This document shows positions 42,556 to 52,896 of a stretch of DNA of 64,000 nt, in pieces (the first letter of the stretch is position 1; every line of letters starts with the position of its first letter). The position numbers and the translations under genes were made by a program. Origin of the DNA: Thermoanaerobaculia bacterium (GTDB taxonomy: Bacteria > Acidobacteriota > Thermoanaerobaculia > Multivoradales > JAGPDF01); NCBI GenBank assembly GCA_963788175.1, contig CAWBFZ010000006.1:55221-119220 (forward strand), written 5' to 3'. The notes under the pieces were generated by a model. It worked only from the letters and a program-made list of their open reading frames with translations, searched no databases and was not told the origin of the DNA.

Positions 42556-43674
42556 TCAGAGTTTCCGCGCGATGGCTTCGCTCATCTCGAGCGTGGTCGC
42601 GCTGCCGCCCATGTCGTAGGTGCGCACCCGGCCCTCGGCGATGACGGCGGCGGTCGCGGCCTCGAGCTTCGCAGCCTTCTCGGCCTCGCCCAGCCAGTCG
42701 AGCATCATCTTCGCCGAGAGAATCATGGCGATCGGGTTCACCTTGTACTGACCCGCATACTTGGGCGCGCTGCCGTGGCTGGGCTCGAACACGCCGAGCT
42801 TCGCGCCGATGTTCGCCGAGCACGCGAACCCCAGGCCTCCGACCATCTGCGCCGCGAGGTCGCTGATGATGTCGCCGAAGAGATTCGTCGCCACCAGGAC
42901 GCTGTAGCTCTGCGGGTTCTTCAGCAGCCACATCGTGATGGCGTCGACGTTGGCGTCGTCCATCGCGATCGCTGGATACTCCTTCGCTATGCGCTTGCCG
43001 ATCTCGAGGAACATGCCCTCGGTCGCGCGCACCACGTTGGCCTTGTGGATGACCGTGACCTTCGGCAGCCCATGCTTCTGCGCGTACGCGAAGGCGGCGC
43101 GGATGATCCGTTCGCAGCCCTTCTGCGTGTTCACCTTGCAGGTGATGGCGAACTCGTCCCCCGGTATCTCCGCGAAGTGGGCGAAGGGCTTGCTCAGCCT
43201 GGAGAGCGTCGCTTTGAGCTCGTCGGGGACCGGACTGAACTCGACGCCCGCGTAGAGCCCTTCGGTGTTCTCGCGGAAGATCACCAGGTCGATCCCTTCC
43301 TTGTAGTTCAACGGATTGCCGGGATAGGCCTTGCAGGGCCGCAGGCAGGTGAACAGATCGAACCTCTGCCGCATGCGCACGATGGGGCTGCGATAGCTCA
43401 GTCCCTTGCCCTGCAGGGCGGGCACCAGCTCCGCCTCGGCATCTCTCGCCGGCTTCGAGGTGATGGCGCCGAACAGCGCGGCGTCGCTCGCCTGCAGGAG
43501 GTCGATCGTGCGTTGGGGAAAGGACTCGCCCTCGGTGCGCCAGAACTCCCAGCCGATGTCGCCGTGGGAGTACTGGGCGTCGAACTTCAGCGCGTCGAGA
43601 CAGATTCTCGCTCCCTCCATCACCTCGACACCGACGCCGTCGCCTGGCAACCACGCAATCTTGTACTGGCTCAT
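42556..43674 (-). CDS. Beta-decarboxylating dehydrogenase (isocitrate/isopropylmalate/tartrate family)
   Basis: LPGDGVGVEV, FRENTEGLY, HKANV, NLFGDIISD, EPSHGSAPKYAG. Confidence 0.9.
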   Translation of the reverse strand: MSQYKIAWLPGDGVGVEVMEGARICLDALKFDAQYSHGDIGWEFWRTEGESFPQRTIDLLQASDAALFGAITSKPARDAEAELVPALQGKGLSYRSPIVRMRQRFDLFTCLRPCKAYPGNPLNYKEGIDLVIFRENTEGLYAGVEFSPVPDELKATLSRLSKPFAHFAEIPGDEFAITCKVNTQKGCERIIRAAFAYAQKHGLPKVTVIHKANVVRATEGMFLEIGKRIAKEYPAIAMDDANVDAITMWLLKNPQSYSVLVATNLFGDIISDLAAQMVGGLGFACSANIGAKLGVFEPSHGSAPKYAGQYKVNPIAMILSAKMMLDWLGEAEKAAKLEAATAAVIAEGRVRTYDMGGSATTLEMSEAIARKL

Positions 43675-43752
43675 CTGAAGCTCCTGCGCCCCGGAGGGCG
43701 TTCGGTCAGTTGGCGGCAGCCGGGGCTGCGGTCGCCGACCCTGAGTTTGGTT

Positions 43753-45225
43753 TCAAGTGGACTCCTGTGCAAAAGGCAGTTCGAAGATGCCGTGCTGCGC
43801 CGCGTCGGCGACGACGACCGCGGCGAGCTCGGCGTCGATACCGGGGGCATGGTCGGCGAGGGGCGAGCCGGCGTGGCGGTGGCGTTCGAGCTCGCCCCGG
43901 GCGCGATCGAGGGCGCTCGAGCTGCCCGCGGCCTCCCAATCGCCGTAGCTCTCGCGATCGACGAGCGGCGAGGCGATGGAGAGCTCGGCCTTCCATCGGC
44001 TGCGGGTGTGCGGGTGCGAGAGCAGCTCGCCGGTGCGGACGAGGTCACCGAGCAGCTCGAGCGTCTCGTCGCCCGACGCCCCGGAGAGGATTTCGATGCC
44101 GCGAGCGCAGCGCAGCGCCGCGCGGCAAGCCTCGTGGTCGAGCAGCAGCTTCTCGAGCGACTGCGAGAGCAGGAAGTCGAGCAGGCCCGGTCCGGAGACC
44201 AGGTCGATGCCAGCGAGCGCGCCGAGCAGGGCGCCGCTGGCGCTCTCCATCCCGGCCTGGTAGTCGGGACTCTTGGCGTCCGAGAGCCCGAGGTAGCCAT
44301 GGGTCGGCAGGCCGAGCGCGCGCCCGACCTGGGCGTTCGCCACGTTGAGCATGGCGCTCTCGATCGCCCCCATCGCCGCGCTGCCGTGCCGCATGTCGAA
44401 GGCCGAGGGGGCGCCGCCCCAAACGAGCGGAGCTCCCGGCGCCGCCAATTGGTGGATCGCGACTCCCGCCAGGTTCTCGGCGGCGAGTTGGACGAGGGCG
44501 CCGCGCAGGGTGACCGGCGCGGTCGCGCCGGTCATCGGCACCGCGATGAGATTCGCCGGTACGCCGGCGCGCGCCGCGTCGATGAGCGCCGCCGCCGTCA
44601 GGTCGCTCCAGGTGAGCGGCGAGGTCGGACAGCAGTCGAAGAGTGCCAGCGGCTTCTCGCGCAGTGCCTGCTCGCCGCCGCGGACGACAGTGAGCATGGC
44701 GAGCATCGGCGCGAAGCCGTCCTTGGAGAAAGTCCCGGTGACCACCGGCTTCGCGCTGTAGGTGAGCGCCAGGAAAAGCCGCCAGCGGTCGGCGATCTCG
44801 TCCGGCACGTCGCCGGGGACGAGGGCGGTCGATTGCGCCGCGTAGCACGGCAGTCCGTCGACCAGCCGCGCGAGCGCGATGACGTCGGCGGTGGTCGCTG
44901 GACGGCGTCCGCCGGCGGTTGCGTCGATGCGATAGATCGCGGCCGAACCGGGGTCGAAGTTCGTGCGCCCGGCGCCGAGCTCGACGACGGCGGCGCCCGA
45001 ACGATCGCAGAGCGCAAAGCGCGGCGGCACGGAGGCGAGCGCCGCTGCCACCAGCGCTTCGGGGAGATGGATCCGCCCGCCACGTTCGGCCGCGCCGGCG
45101 GCGAGCAGCAACTCCGCGGCAGCGGGGCTCTCGATTCGCACGCCGATCCGTTCGAGCACCTGGAATGACTCTCCCAGCATGCTCTCGAGCTCGACCCTGG
45201 CGAGCAGCTCGAGGCGCGGCGTCAT
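43753..45225 (-). CDS. Trimethylamine methyltransferase (MttB) superfamily protein, non-pyrrolysine
   Basis: TSPLTWS, PMTGATAPVTLRG, SDAKSPDYQAG, SLEKLLLDHE; no in-frame TAG. Confidence 0.85.
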   Translation of the reverse strand: MTPRLELLARVELESMLGESFQVLERIGVRIESPAAAELLLAAGAAERGGRIHLPEALVAAALASVPPRFALCDRSGAAVVELGAGRTNFDPGSAAIYRIDATAGGRRPATTADVIALARLVDGLPCYAAQSTALVPGDVPDEIADRWRLFLALTYSAKPVVTGTFSKDGFAPMLAMLTVVRGGEQALREKPLALFDCCPTSPLTWSDLTAAALIDAARAGVPANLIAVPMTGATAPVTLRGALVQLAAENLAGVAIHQLAAPGAPLVWGGAPSAFDMRHGSAAMGAIESAMLNVANAQVGRALGLPTHGYLGLSDAKSPDYQAGMESASGALLGALAGIDLVSGPGLLDFLLSQSLEKLLLDHEACRAALRCARGIEILSGASGDETLELLGDLVRTGELLSHPHTRSRWKAELSIASPLVDRESYGDWEAAGSSSALDRARGELERHRHAGSPLADHAPGIDAELAAVVVADAAQHGIFELPFAQEST

Positions 45226-45935
45226 CCTTCGCCCGCCTGTCCGGGGGCTCGCGGTTCGCGACGGTAGCGGCAGCTCTCGAGCTCGCAGCGGGCGCAGCCG
45301 GCGAGGCCAGCCAGCGGCCGGGCGTCGGCGCCCAGCCACATCGCGAACGAGACCGACTTGCGCGGCACCATGAGCAGCGAATGCGCCAGGTGGACCCCGA
45401 TCTCACGGTGCGGGAGACGGGCGAAGAGCGCCGGCTGCGAGGTGAGCGGCCACTTGCCGTAGCCCGGACTGATGCGGCAGGAGACCGCTGCAGCGCGGTC
45501 GGGCGCCACGCTTTCCCCGGGCGACTCGTCGCCCGCGATCCCTCCGAGAGCCGCGATGATCGCCGCTGAAATGCGGTCGGCCGCCTCTTCGGCGGCAGCG
45601 CTGCCGCAGGCATCGAGAATCAGCGCGCCGGTGGCGTCGCCGAGCGCCATGCGGTTCGAGGCCGCCTCGACGATGGCGGCGCCCGCAGTGACCAGTCCGA
45701 CGACCAGTCCGCTGGCCGGGATCGGAACCAGCCCGACCTCAGCCGCCTCGTCGACGGGGAGCGTCGTCCAGACCCCGCGGCCCTGAACCAGAGCCTGGGC
45801 CTCGACCAGGCGTTCTTCGAGCACCGCTGCGACCCGCGGCTGCGGCTCGCGCCCCGGCGGGTAGCCGAGAAAGTGGAGCACGTCGGCGCGCGGCAGGGAG
45901 AGCGGCAGGTCGACGCGATGGATCGCCGGACTCAT
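45222..45935 (-). CDS. Standalone methionine synthase activation-domain-like protein
   Basis: LDACGSAAAEEAAD, RISPGYG, MVPRKSVS, C-terminal CARCELESCRYR. Confidence 0.78.
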   Translation of the reverse strand: MSPAIHRVDLPLSLPRADVLHFLGYPPGREPQPRVAAVLEERLVEAQALVQGRGVWTTLPVDEAAEVGLVPIPASGLVVGLVTAGAAIVEAASNRMALGDATGALILDACGSAAAEEAADRISAAIIAALGGIAGDESPGESVAPDRAAAVSCRISPGYGKWPLTSQPALFARLPHREIGVHLAHSLLMVPRKSVSFAMWLGADARPLAGLAGCARCELESCRYRREPRAPGQAGEG

Positions 45936-46843
45936 CGCAGGCCCCGCCGTGCGAGGGCCGCCGCGAGCGCGGCGATGAACCGCGGGTCGGTGCCGCAGCA
46001 TCCACCGACGGCGAGGCCGGAGCCGATTCCGGAGCCGGGCGAGACCGCGATGCTCGCCGCAGCGGTGAGATCGGAGGCGAACTCCTCCGGCGTCTGGTGG
46101 TAGAGCGCCTGACCGTCCTCGAGCTGGGGCGCACCGGCGTTCGGTTGCAGGAGGAGTGGTCCGGCGTGGACCCCGCGCGCCGCGGCGGCGAGCGCCGGGA
46201 AATCAGCGCTGGTGAGCGAGCAGTTGGCGCCGACCGCCGTCGCGCCGGCGGCGGCGAGCGCCGGCAGCGCCTCCTCGAGGCGGTCGCCCATGACGGTGAA
46301 GAAACCGCGCTTCTTGTATTCGAAGGTCAGCGAGACACAGACCGGGATGCCGGGCGCGGCCTCGAGCAGCGCCGCGAGCGCGATTCCGGCCTCGGCGAGG
46401 TCGCTCATCGTCTCGACGTGCAGCGCGTCCACCCCGGCGGCGGCGAAGGCGCGCCCGAGCTCGGCGAAACCGCGGCGAAACTCCTCGGGCGCGCCGCGAC
46501 CGACCGGGGGCAGGTATTCGCCGGTCGGTCCGATGTCGCCGATGACGTAGCGCGCGCCGGCCTGGCGGGCGAGAGCCGTGGCGGCAGTCGCGATTTCGGT
46601 CGCCCGGCCGGCGAGACCGGCGGCGGCCAGCCGCAGCGGATGGGCGCCGAAGGTGTTGGTCTGCACCGCGTCGCTGCCGGCGTCGACATAGGCGCGGTGG
46701 ACGGCGACGATTTCCTCGCCGCGGTCGAGCGTCCAGTGTTCGGGGGCGCGGCCCGCAGCGAGGCCGCGCGCCATGAGCATCGAGCCCATGCCGCCGTCGA
46801 GCAGCAGGACCGGACCGTGGGCCAGGCGGGCGGCGAAACTCAT
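45932..46843 (-). CDS. Homocysteine S-methyltransferase family protein
   Basis: LDGGMGSML, TNTFG, GANCS, QPNAG, GGCCGT zinc ligands. Confidence 0.88.
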   Translation of the reverse strand: MSFAARLAHGPVLLLDGGMGSMLMARGLAAGRAPEHWTLDRGEEIVAVHRAYVDAGSDAVQTNTFGAHPLRLAAAGLAGRATEIATAATALARQAGARYVIGDIGPTGEYLPPVGRGAPEEFRRGFAELGRAFAAAGVDALHVETMSDLAEAGIALAALLEAAPGIPVCVSLTFEYKKRGFFTVMGDRLEEALPALAAAGATAVGANCSLTSADFPALAAAARGVHAGPLLLQPNAGAPQLEDGQALYHQTPEEFASDLTAAASIAVSPGSGIGSGLAVGGCCGTDPRFIAALAAALARRGLR

Positions 46844-47484
46844 CGCAGGAGCGCCTCCGCCGCAGCGACGGCGCGCAGCGCGTTCTCGGCGTGGGTCGCG
46901 CCGAACGACGCTGCCCACTTCGGGCTGGTCGGCGCGCCGCCGATGAGCAGCTTCGGCCGGCGTGGCAGGTCGGCGGCGGCGATCGCCTCGGCGAGCCTGC
47001 GCTGCTCGGGCATGGTCGTCGTGAGGAGCGCCGAGGCGGCGACGATGTCGGCGTCGACCTCGCGCGCCTTGGCGAGGAAGCGCTCGACCGGCACGTCGTG
47101 GCCGAGGTCGTGGACCTCGAAGCCGTGGGCGGCGAGCAGCACGCCGACCAGGCCCTTGCCGATGTCGTGGAGATCGCCCTTGACCGTGCCGAGAACGACC
47201 CGGCCGCGCGAGAGGGAGCCGGCGCGGCCCGCGGCGAGCGCCGGCAGGACCACCGCCATCGCCGCCTTCATCGCTTCGGCACCCTGCACGAGCTCGGGAA
47301 GAAAATACTCGCCTTCCTCCCAGAGCTCGCCCACCCGGCGGATGCCGGCGGCGAAGCCGTTTTCGACCGCGGTGACGAGGTCGGTGCCCGAGGCGACGAG
47401 GGCCAGCGCGAGCTCCCGGGCGCGGATGGCATCGCCCTGGACCACCGCGTCGCACATGTCGGACGCAGCAGGGCCCGAGGACAT
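46840..47484 (-). CDS. Corrinoid (B12-binding) methyl-carrier protein
   Basis: GTVKGDLHDIGK (DxHxxG), SALLTTTM, GGAP; cap domain with EYFLPELV. Confidence 0.9.
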   Translation of the reverse strand: MSSGPAASDMCDAVVQGDAIRARELALALVASGTDLVTAVENGFAAGIRRVGELWEEGEYFLPELVQGAEAMKAAMAVVLPALAAGRAGSLSRGRVVLGTVKGDLHDIGKGLVGVLLAAHGFEVHDLGHDVPVERFLAKAREVDADIVAASALLTTTMPEQRRLAEAIAAADLPRRPKLLIGGAPTSPKWAASFGATHAENALRAVAAAEALLR

Positions 47485-47534
47485 GTGCGCAGGCTAGCCG
47501 CGTTTCCACCGCCTTCCCACCCCCAAACAGGCAG

Positions 47535-47590
47535 GAAAAAGAGGGACAGGCACGGATTTCCGCGGAAATCCGTGCCTGTCCCTCTTTTTC
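47535..47590. repeat. Perfect 56-bp palindrome (REP-like)
   Basis: GAAAAAGAGGGACAGGCACGGATTTCCG|CGGAAATCCGTGCCTGTCCCTCTTTTTC; between a gene ending at 47618 and one starting at 47484. Confidence 0.9.
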
Positions 47591-47617
47591 TCAAACGGGC
47601 AGGCGGCGGGCGCTTTC

Positions 47618-49583
47618 CTAGAGCTCGAGGCGGCGGGGGTCGGCCTGGCCGCGCTGGGCGAGGCGGGTGAGGGCGCTGAAGATGTCCGGGTCCCATTTGC
47701 CGGCGTCGGTCTCGTGGCCGAGGAGCGCGACCGCTTCTTCGACCGAGAGGCTGCGCCGGTAGGCGCGCTCGGAGGTGAGGGCGTCGAGGGCGTCGGCGAC
47801 CGCGAGCAGGCGGGCCTGGTAGGGGATCTTCTCGCCGGCGAGCCCCTCCGGATAGCCGCAGCCGTCGAAGCGTTCGTGGTGGTAGAGGATGCAGTCGAGG
47901 ACCGACTTCGCCGTGCGCAGCGGCTTGCAGATCTCCCAGCCGACGACCGGATGGGTCATCAGCTTGGCGAACTCCTCGGTCGTCAGGCGGCCCGGCTTGT
48001 TGAGCAGGCTCTGGGGGATGGCGACCTTGCCGATGTCGTGCAGGAGCCCGGCGGTGCGCATCCGCTGCACGACCACCGCGTCCTGGCCGAGCTCGCGGGC
48101 GAGGCGCGTCGAGAGCTCGCCGACGCGCTGGCTGTGGCCACGGGTGTAGGGGTCCTTGGCCTCGAGCGCCGCCGAGAGCGAGAGCACGACGCTCTCGTGG
48201 CGCACCAGGTCCTGGTAGTAGATCTTGAGCCGGAGGAGCGAGCGCACGCGCGCCAGCAGCTCTAGCCGGTTGACCGGCGCGAGCAGCAGCTCGTCGGCGT
48301 TGCAGTCGAGGGCGCGCAGGCGCAGGCCGCTCTCCTCGTAGGCGGTGACCAGGATCACCGGCAGGTAGGCCGCGCTTTCGTCGGCCTTGATGATCCGGCA
48401 GACCTCCTGGCCGTCGATGTCCGGCATCCGGATGTCGAGGATCATCAGGTCGGGTTTGTGCCTCCGGTAGGCGGCGAGGGCCGCCTCGCCACCCGTGGCG
48501 GTCTCGACCTCGTAGCCCGCCCCCGCCAGCAGCTCGCGGTAGAGCTGGCGATTGGTCGAGTTGTCGTCGGCGACCAGGATGAGGCCGCCCGGATCGATCT
48601 CGGGCGCCGGCAGCAGGTCCTCGATCGTCGGCAGCGCGTCCGCAGCCTCCAGGCGCTCGCCTGCGCGGATGATCTCCTCGACCAGCGCCGCCTCGAAGCG
48701 GCCCGCCCGGCCTCCTCGCGCAGGGCCTCGGCGCGCTCCGCCGCGCTCGTCGGGAAGATCGCCCGCGCCATGTCGTAGGCGTTCGCCGCCGCCAGGATCT
48801 CGACCTCCGGTGCCAGCTCCGCGGCGACGGAGCCGTTCGGGTAGCCGCTGCCGTCGCGGCGCTCGTGATGCTGACGCACGAACGGAATCGCGCCGGCGAG
48901 CGAGTCGATCGGCGCCAGGATCCGTTCGCCGAGCTCGGTGTGCAGGCGGTAGATCTCGCTGGTCCTCGGCGGAGCGCTCGCCGACCGGCGAGCAGGATCG
49001 ACTCCGGGACGCCGAGCTTGCCGATGTCGTGCAGCAGCGCGCCGAGCGTCAGGTTGTAGTGCGCGCGGCCGGAGAGCCGGCGCCGCGGCCGGTGTCGGCG
49101 GCGATCGCGGCCACGCGCTGCGAGTGATTGCGGGTCAGCGGGTCCTTCTCTTCGAGCAGCTGGACCATGCTGAAGATCAGCGCCTCGGTCGAGTCGAGCT
49201 CGTCGCGCAGGCCGCGGATCCGGAGCAGCGAGCGCAACCGGGTCAGCAGCTCGATGCGGTGGAACGGCTTGTTGAGGAAGTCGTCGGCGCCGGCCTCGAA
49301 ACCGCGGATCTTGCTCTCGACGTCGGAGAGCGCGGTCAGCATCACGACCGGAATGAAGCAGGTCGGACGGCCGCCTTGAGGCGGCGGCAGACCTCGAAGC
49401 CGTCGAGCCGCGGCATCATGATGTCGAGCAGGATCGCGTGCGGCGGGTTCGCGCGACCGCGTCGAGCGCGGCTTCGCCGTCGGTCGCGAAGTCGACCTCG
49501 AAGCCCTCGTCGCCCAGGATCGCGCCGAGCAGCTCGAGGTTCTCCGGCTGGTCGTCGACCGCCAGGATGCGCGGCGCGCTCAC
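47618..49583 (-). CDS. Tandem REC-HD-GYP-REC-HD-GYP cyclic-dinucleotide phosphodiesterase; frameshifts in the N-terminal half
   Basis: RILAVDD...LLHDIGK...[11 protein letters not shown], then LILVADD...LLHDIGK...[11 protein letters not shown]; the second half is in frame across 48445. Confidence 0.78.
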
Positions 49584-49974
49584 CGGCTTCTCCTCCTCCG
49601 TCGCCGGCGGGCGAAACTCGCGAGGCGAGGAAGGCGCCGAGTCGATCGGCTTCGACATGTAGCCGTCGCAGCCGGCGGCGAGGAAGCGTTCGCGGTCGCC
49701 GTGCATCGCGTGGGCGGTGAGGGCGACCACCGGCACCCGGCGGGAAGCGCTCGTCGGCCGCGCAGGCGGCGAGCAGCGTCCAGCCCGGACCCGGTCGGCA
49801 GGTTCATGTCGAGCAGGACGAGGTCGGGCGCCTCGCCGTCGAGCAGCGCGCGCGAGCTCGCCGGCGTCGCGCGCGCGGGCGACGCCGGTATCCGGCCTCG
49901 TCGAGCAGGAAGTCGATGAGCTCGAAGTTCTGGTCGTTGTCCTCAATCACCCAGACGAGGCCGGCTCGGCTCAT
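49580..49974 (-). CDS. Single-domain response regulator (DivK-like); frameshifted
   Basis: [46 protein letters not shown]. Confidence 0.78.
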
Positions 49975-52198
49975 GGCGCGCCCTCCGCGGCACCTGCGGC
50001 GCGCTCGAGTTCGCGGATCGTCGCGACCATCCGGTGGCGGTCCTCGGGGGCTTTCGAGAGGAGCGCCGGCGGTCCAGCCCGGCGAGCGGCGGCGGTCCTC
50101 GGGCTCATGTCCTTCGACGTGAAGACCAGGATCGGGATGCGCCGGTCTCGGGCTGGCGCGCGAGCTCGCTGGCGGTCTGGAAGCCGTCGACCCCCTCCAT
50201 CAGCAGGTCGAGCACGATCACGCTCGGGCGGCGCTCGACGGCGAGCTCGATGCCCTCGCGGCCGCTCGTCGCCGACAGCATCTCGTAGCCGGCCTCGGCG
50301 AGCTCGACGTCGAGGAAGTCGTGGATCTGCGGGTCGTCGTCGATCACCAGGACGACCGGCGTTCGAGCCGGCGTTCTCCGGCGCGAGCTCGCGCAGCCGT
50401 CCGAGGAAGCGGTCGCGGTCGAGCGGCTTCACGAAGTAGTCGTCGGCGCCGAGGGCGAAGCCGAGCTCGTGGTTCTCGATCAGGCTGACGATGATGACCG
50501 GGAACGCGGCGGTGCGGGATCGGACTTGAGCTCCTTGAGCACCTCCCAGCCGTCGCGGCCGGGCAGCACGAGGTCGAGCGTGATCGCGACGGGGCCGCGG
50601 CGAGCGCGAGATCGACGACCTCGTCGCCGTCGCGCGCCCGGACGACGCGATAGCCCGCCGCCTCGAGGTCGCCGGCGAGGCCCCGGAAGAAGACGTCGTC
50701 GTCCTCCGCGACCAGCACGGTGCGGCCGCGCTTCGACGAACGCCTCCCGGGCCTCGGCACGGTGAAGCCGAACGAGATCGGCTCGCCCGACGCCCGGCGT
50801 TGGGGCGGCGGAAGCGTCGACCGGCAGCAGGACGCGGAAGAGGCTGCCGTGGTCCGGCTCCGACTCGACCTCGACCCGGCCGCCGTGCATCTCCACGAAG
50901 CGCTTGACCAGCGCGAGGCCGAGGCCGGTGCCGCCCATGTTGCGCGTGGTGCCGCCGTCGACCTGGCGGAACTCCTCGAAGATGAGCTGCTGGTCGTCGC
51001 TGCGGATGCCGATGCCGCGGTCGATCACCTCGATGCAGATGCAGCGCCCCGGCAGGGTGGACTCGGACGGCGGGGCGGCGCGCACCCGCAGCGTCACCTC
51101 GCCGCCGTCGCGCGAGAACTTGACCGCGTTCGAGAGCAGGTTGTAGAGCACCTGCTTGATCCGCGGCGGGTCGGCGACGATCACCGGCAGGCCGGGCTCG
51201 ATCTCCATCTCGATGTGGATGCGTCGGCGCGAGGCGATGCCGTGCATGACGCTCTCGACGCCGTGCACGATGTCGTGGAGCGAGACCGGCTCGAAGACCA
51301 GGTCCATCTTGCCGGCCTCGATCTTCGACAGGTCGAGGATGTCGTTGATCAGGCCGAGCAGATGCCGGCCGGAGGACAGGATGTTGTGCAGGAAGCGGAT
51401 GAAGCGGGGCTCGATAGTGCCTTCGAGCTTGTCGCCGAGGATCTCCGAGAATCCGATGATCGAGTTGAGCGGGGTGCGCAGCTCGTGGCTCATGTTGGCC
51501 AGGAACTGGCTCTTGGCGCGGTTGGCCTCGAGAATGCGGACGTTCGCCTGGGCGAGCTCGCGGCCCCGGCGGTCGAGCTCGGCAGTGAGGCGCTGGAGCT
51601 CGGCGAGGCGCAGGCTGTTCTCTTCGTTGAGCGTGGCGATCTGCATCCGGCGCTCGCGCAGGCTCGCGATGCCGGCGACCATGAAGTAGGAGCCGCCGAA
51701 GAGCAGGGTGAGCCGGCCGCAGGCCAGGGCGAGCTCATGGTCGAGTCCCTGGATCTTGCCCATGCCGACGAGCAGCAGGAGGTAGGCCGAGCAGCTCCCG
51801 GCCATCACCGCGAGCGCGGCGCGGCGGCCGGCCACGAAGGCGGCCGCCGCGGTGTTGGTGAGGAACCAGATCAGCCAGAGCGGCGAAGAGTCGCGAATCA
51901 GGTAGATCGTCCAGCAGGTGAGGCCGATGTCGCCGACCATCCAGGCGACGTTGAGGCGGCGCTGCGCCTCGGCGTTCGGCGCCCGGCGCTGCAGCAGCAT
52001 GAAGAGAGGCACCGACGACAGACCGAGGGCGCAGGCGATCGATCCGCCCACGACGTCGAACTCCAGCACGCCGGTCGTCCAGGCGACGACCACGACTCCG
52101 GCCATCACCAGCATGACGCCCAGCCGGCTGCGCTGCACGGCGAGGTTGTACCTCACCGCATTGGCGTCGACCGGAGTTCGCTCTGCCGTGACGGACAC
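49971..52198 (-). CDS. Membrane hybrid sensor histidine kinase with two receiver domains; C-terminal frameshifts
   Basis: TM bundle, FLANMSHELRTPLNSIIGFS, QVLYNLLSNAVKF, GGTGLGL, VLVAEDD and VLVIDDD receiver domains. Confidence 0.85.
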
Positions 52199-52311
52199 TG
52201 GATCGCCTCTCCTCGCAGCTGGAATCGGGCTGCATTCTAACCACTCCGGCAGGCGCCGGGCGCGCCGCGAACGGCGATAGCATCTCGCGGAACTGAAATG
52301 GGAGGACGACA

Positions 52312-52848
52312 ATGAGTTTCGACCTGTCAGCGCGGCCTGGAAACGGGGAGTACGGCGAGTTCTACGCCGGCTACGTCGCGGCGGTGCCGCTGGGCGATAT
52401 CCGGACGACGCTCGCCCGGGAGGCGGCGGCCGCCGCCGCCTTCTACGGCGCTATCTCCGCGGAGCGCGCGGGCCATGCCTATGCGCCGGGCAAGTGGACG
52501 ATCCGGGAGGTCCTGGCGCACGTCGCCGACGGCGAGCGGGTCTTCGCCTACCGCGCCCTGCGGTTCGGGCGCGGCGACCGGACGCCGTTGCCCGGTTTCG
52601 ACCAGGATCTCTGGGTGCCGGAGAGTCACGCCGCCACCCGGCCCTGGCAGGAGCTGCAGGCCGACTTCGCCGCGGTCAGGGCGGCTTCGCTCGAGCTTTT
52701 CAGGTCGTTCTCTCCCGCCGATTGGGAGCGCCGCGGCGAAGCGAGCGGCGTCGAGGTCTCGGTGCGGGGGATCGCCTGGATCCTCGCCGGCCACGAGCTG
52801 CATCACCGCCGGATCCTCGTCGAGCGCTACGGCGTCGGCGCCGGCTGA
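52312..52848 (+). CDS. DinB family protein
   Basis: YAPGKWTIREVLAHVADGER, LAGHELHH. Confidence 0.87.
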   Translation: MSFDLSARPGNGEYGEFYAGYVAAVPLGDIRTTLAREAAAAAAFYGAISAERAGHAYAPGKWTIREVLAHVADGERVFAYRALRFGRGDRTPLPGFDQDLWVPESHAATRPWQELQADFAAVRAASLELFRSFSPADWERRGEASGVEVSVRGIAWILAGHELHHRRILVERYGVGAG

Positions 52849-52896
52849 ATCTCCGGACGCCTGCCGCCGCTCAGCCGGCTCGCGCCAGGCCCGCGA

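Noticed and set aside
43753-45225. Pyrrolysine read-through in the MttB homologue
   Set aside because: No in-frame TAG, and no pyl genes in the window.
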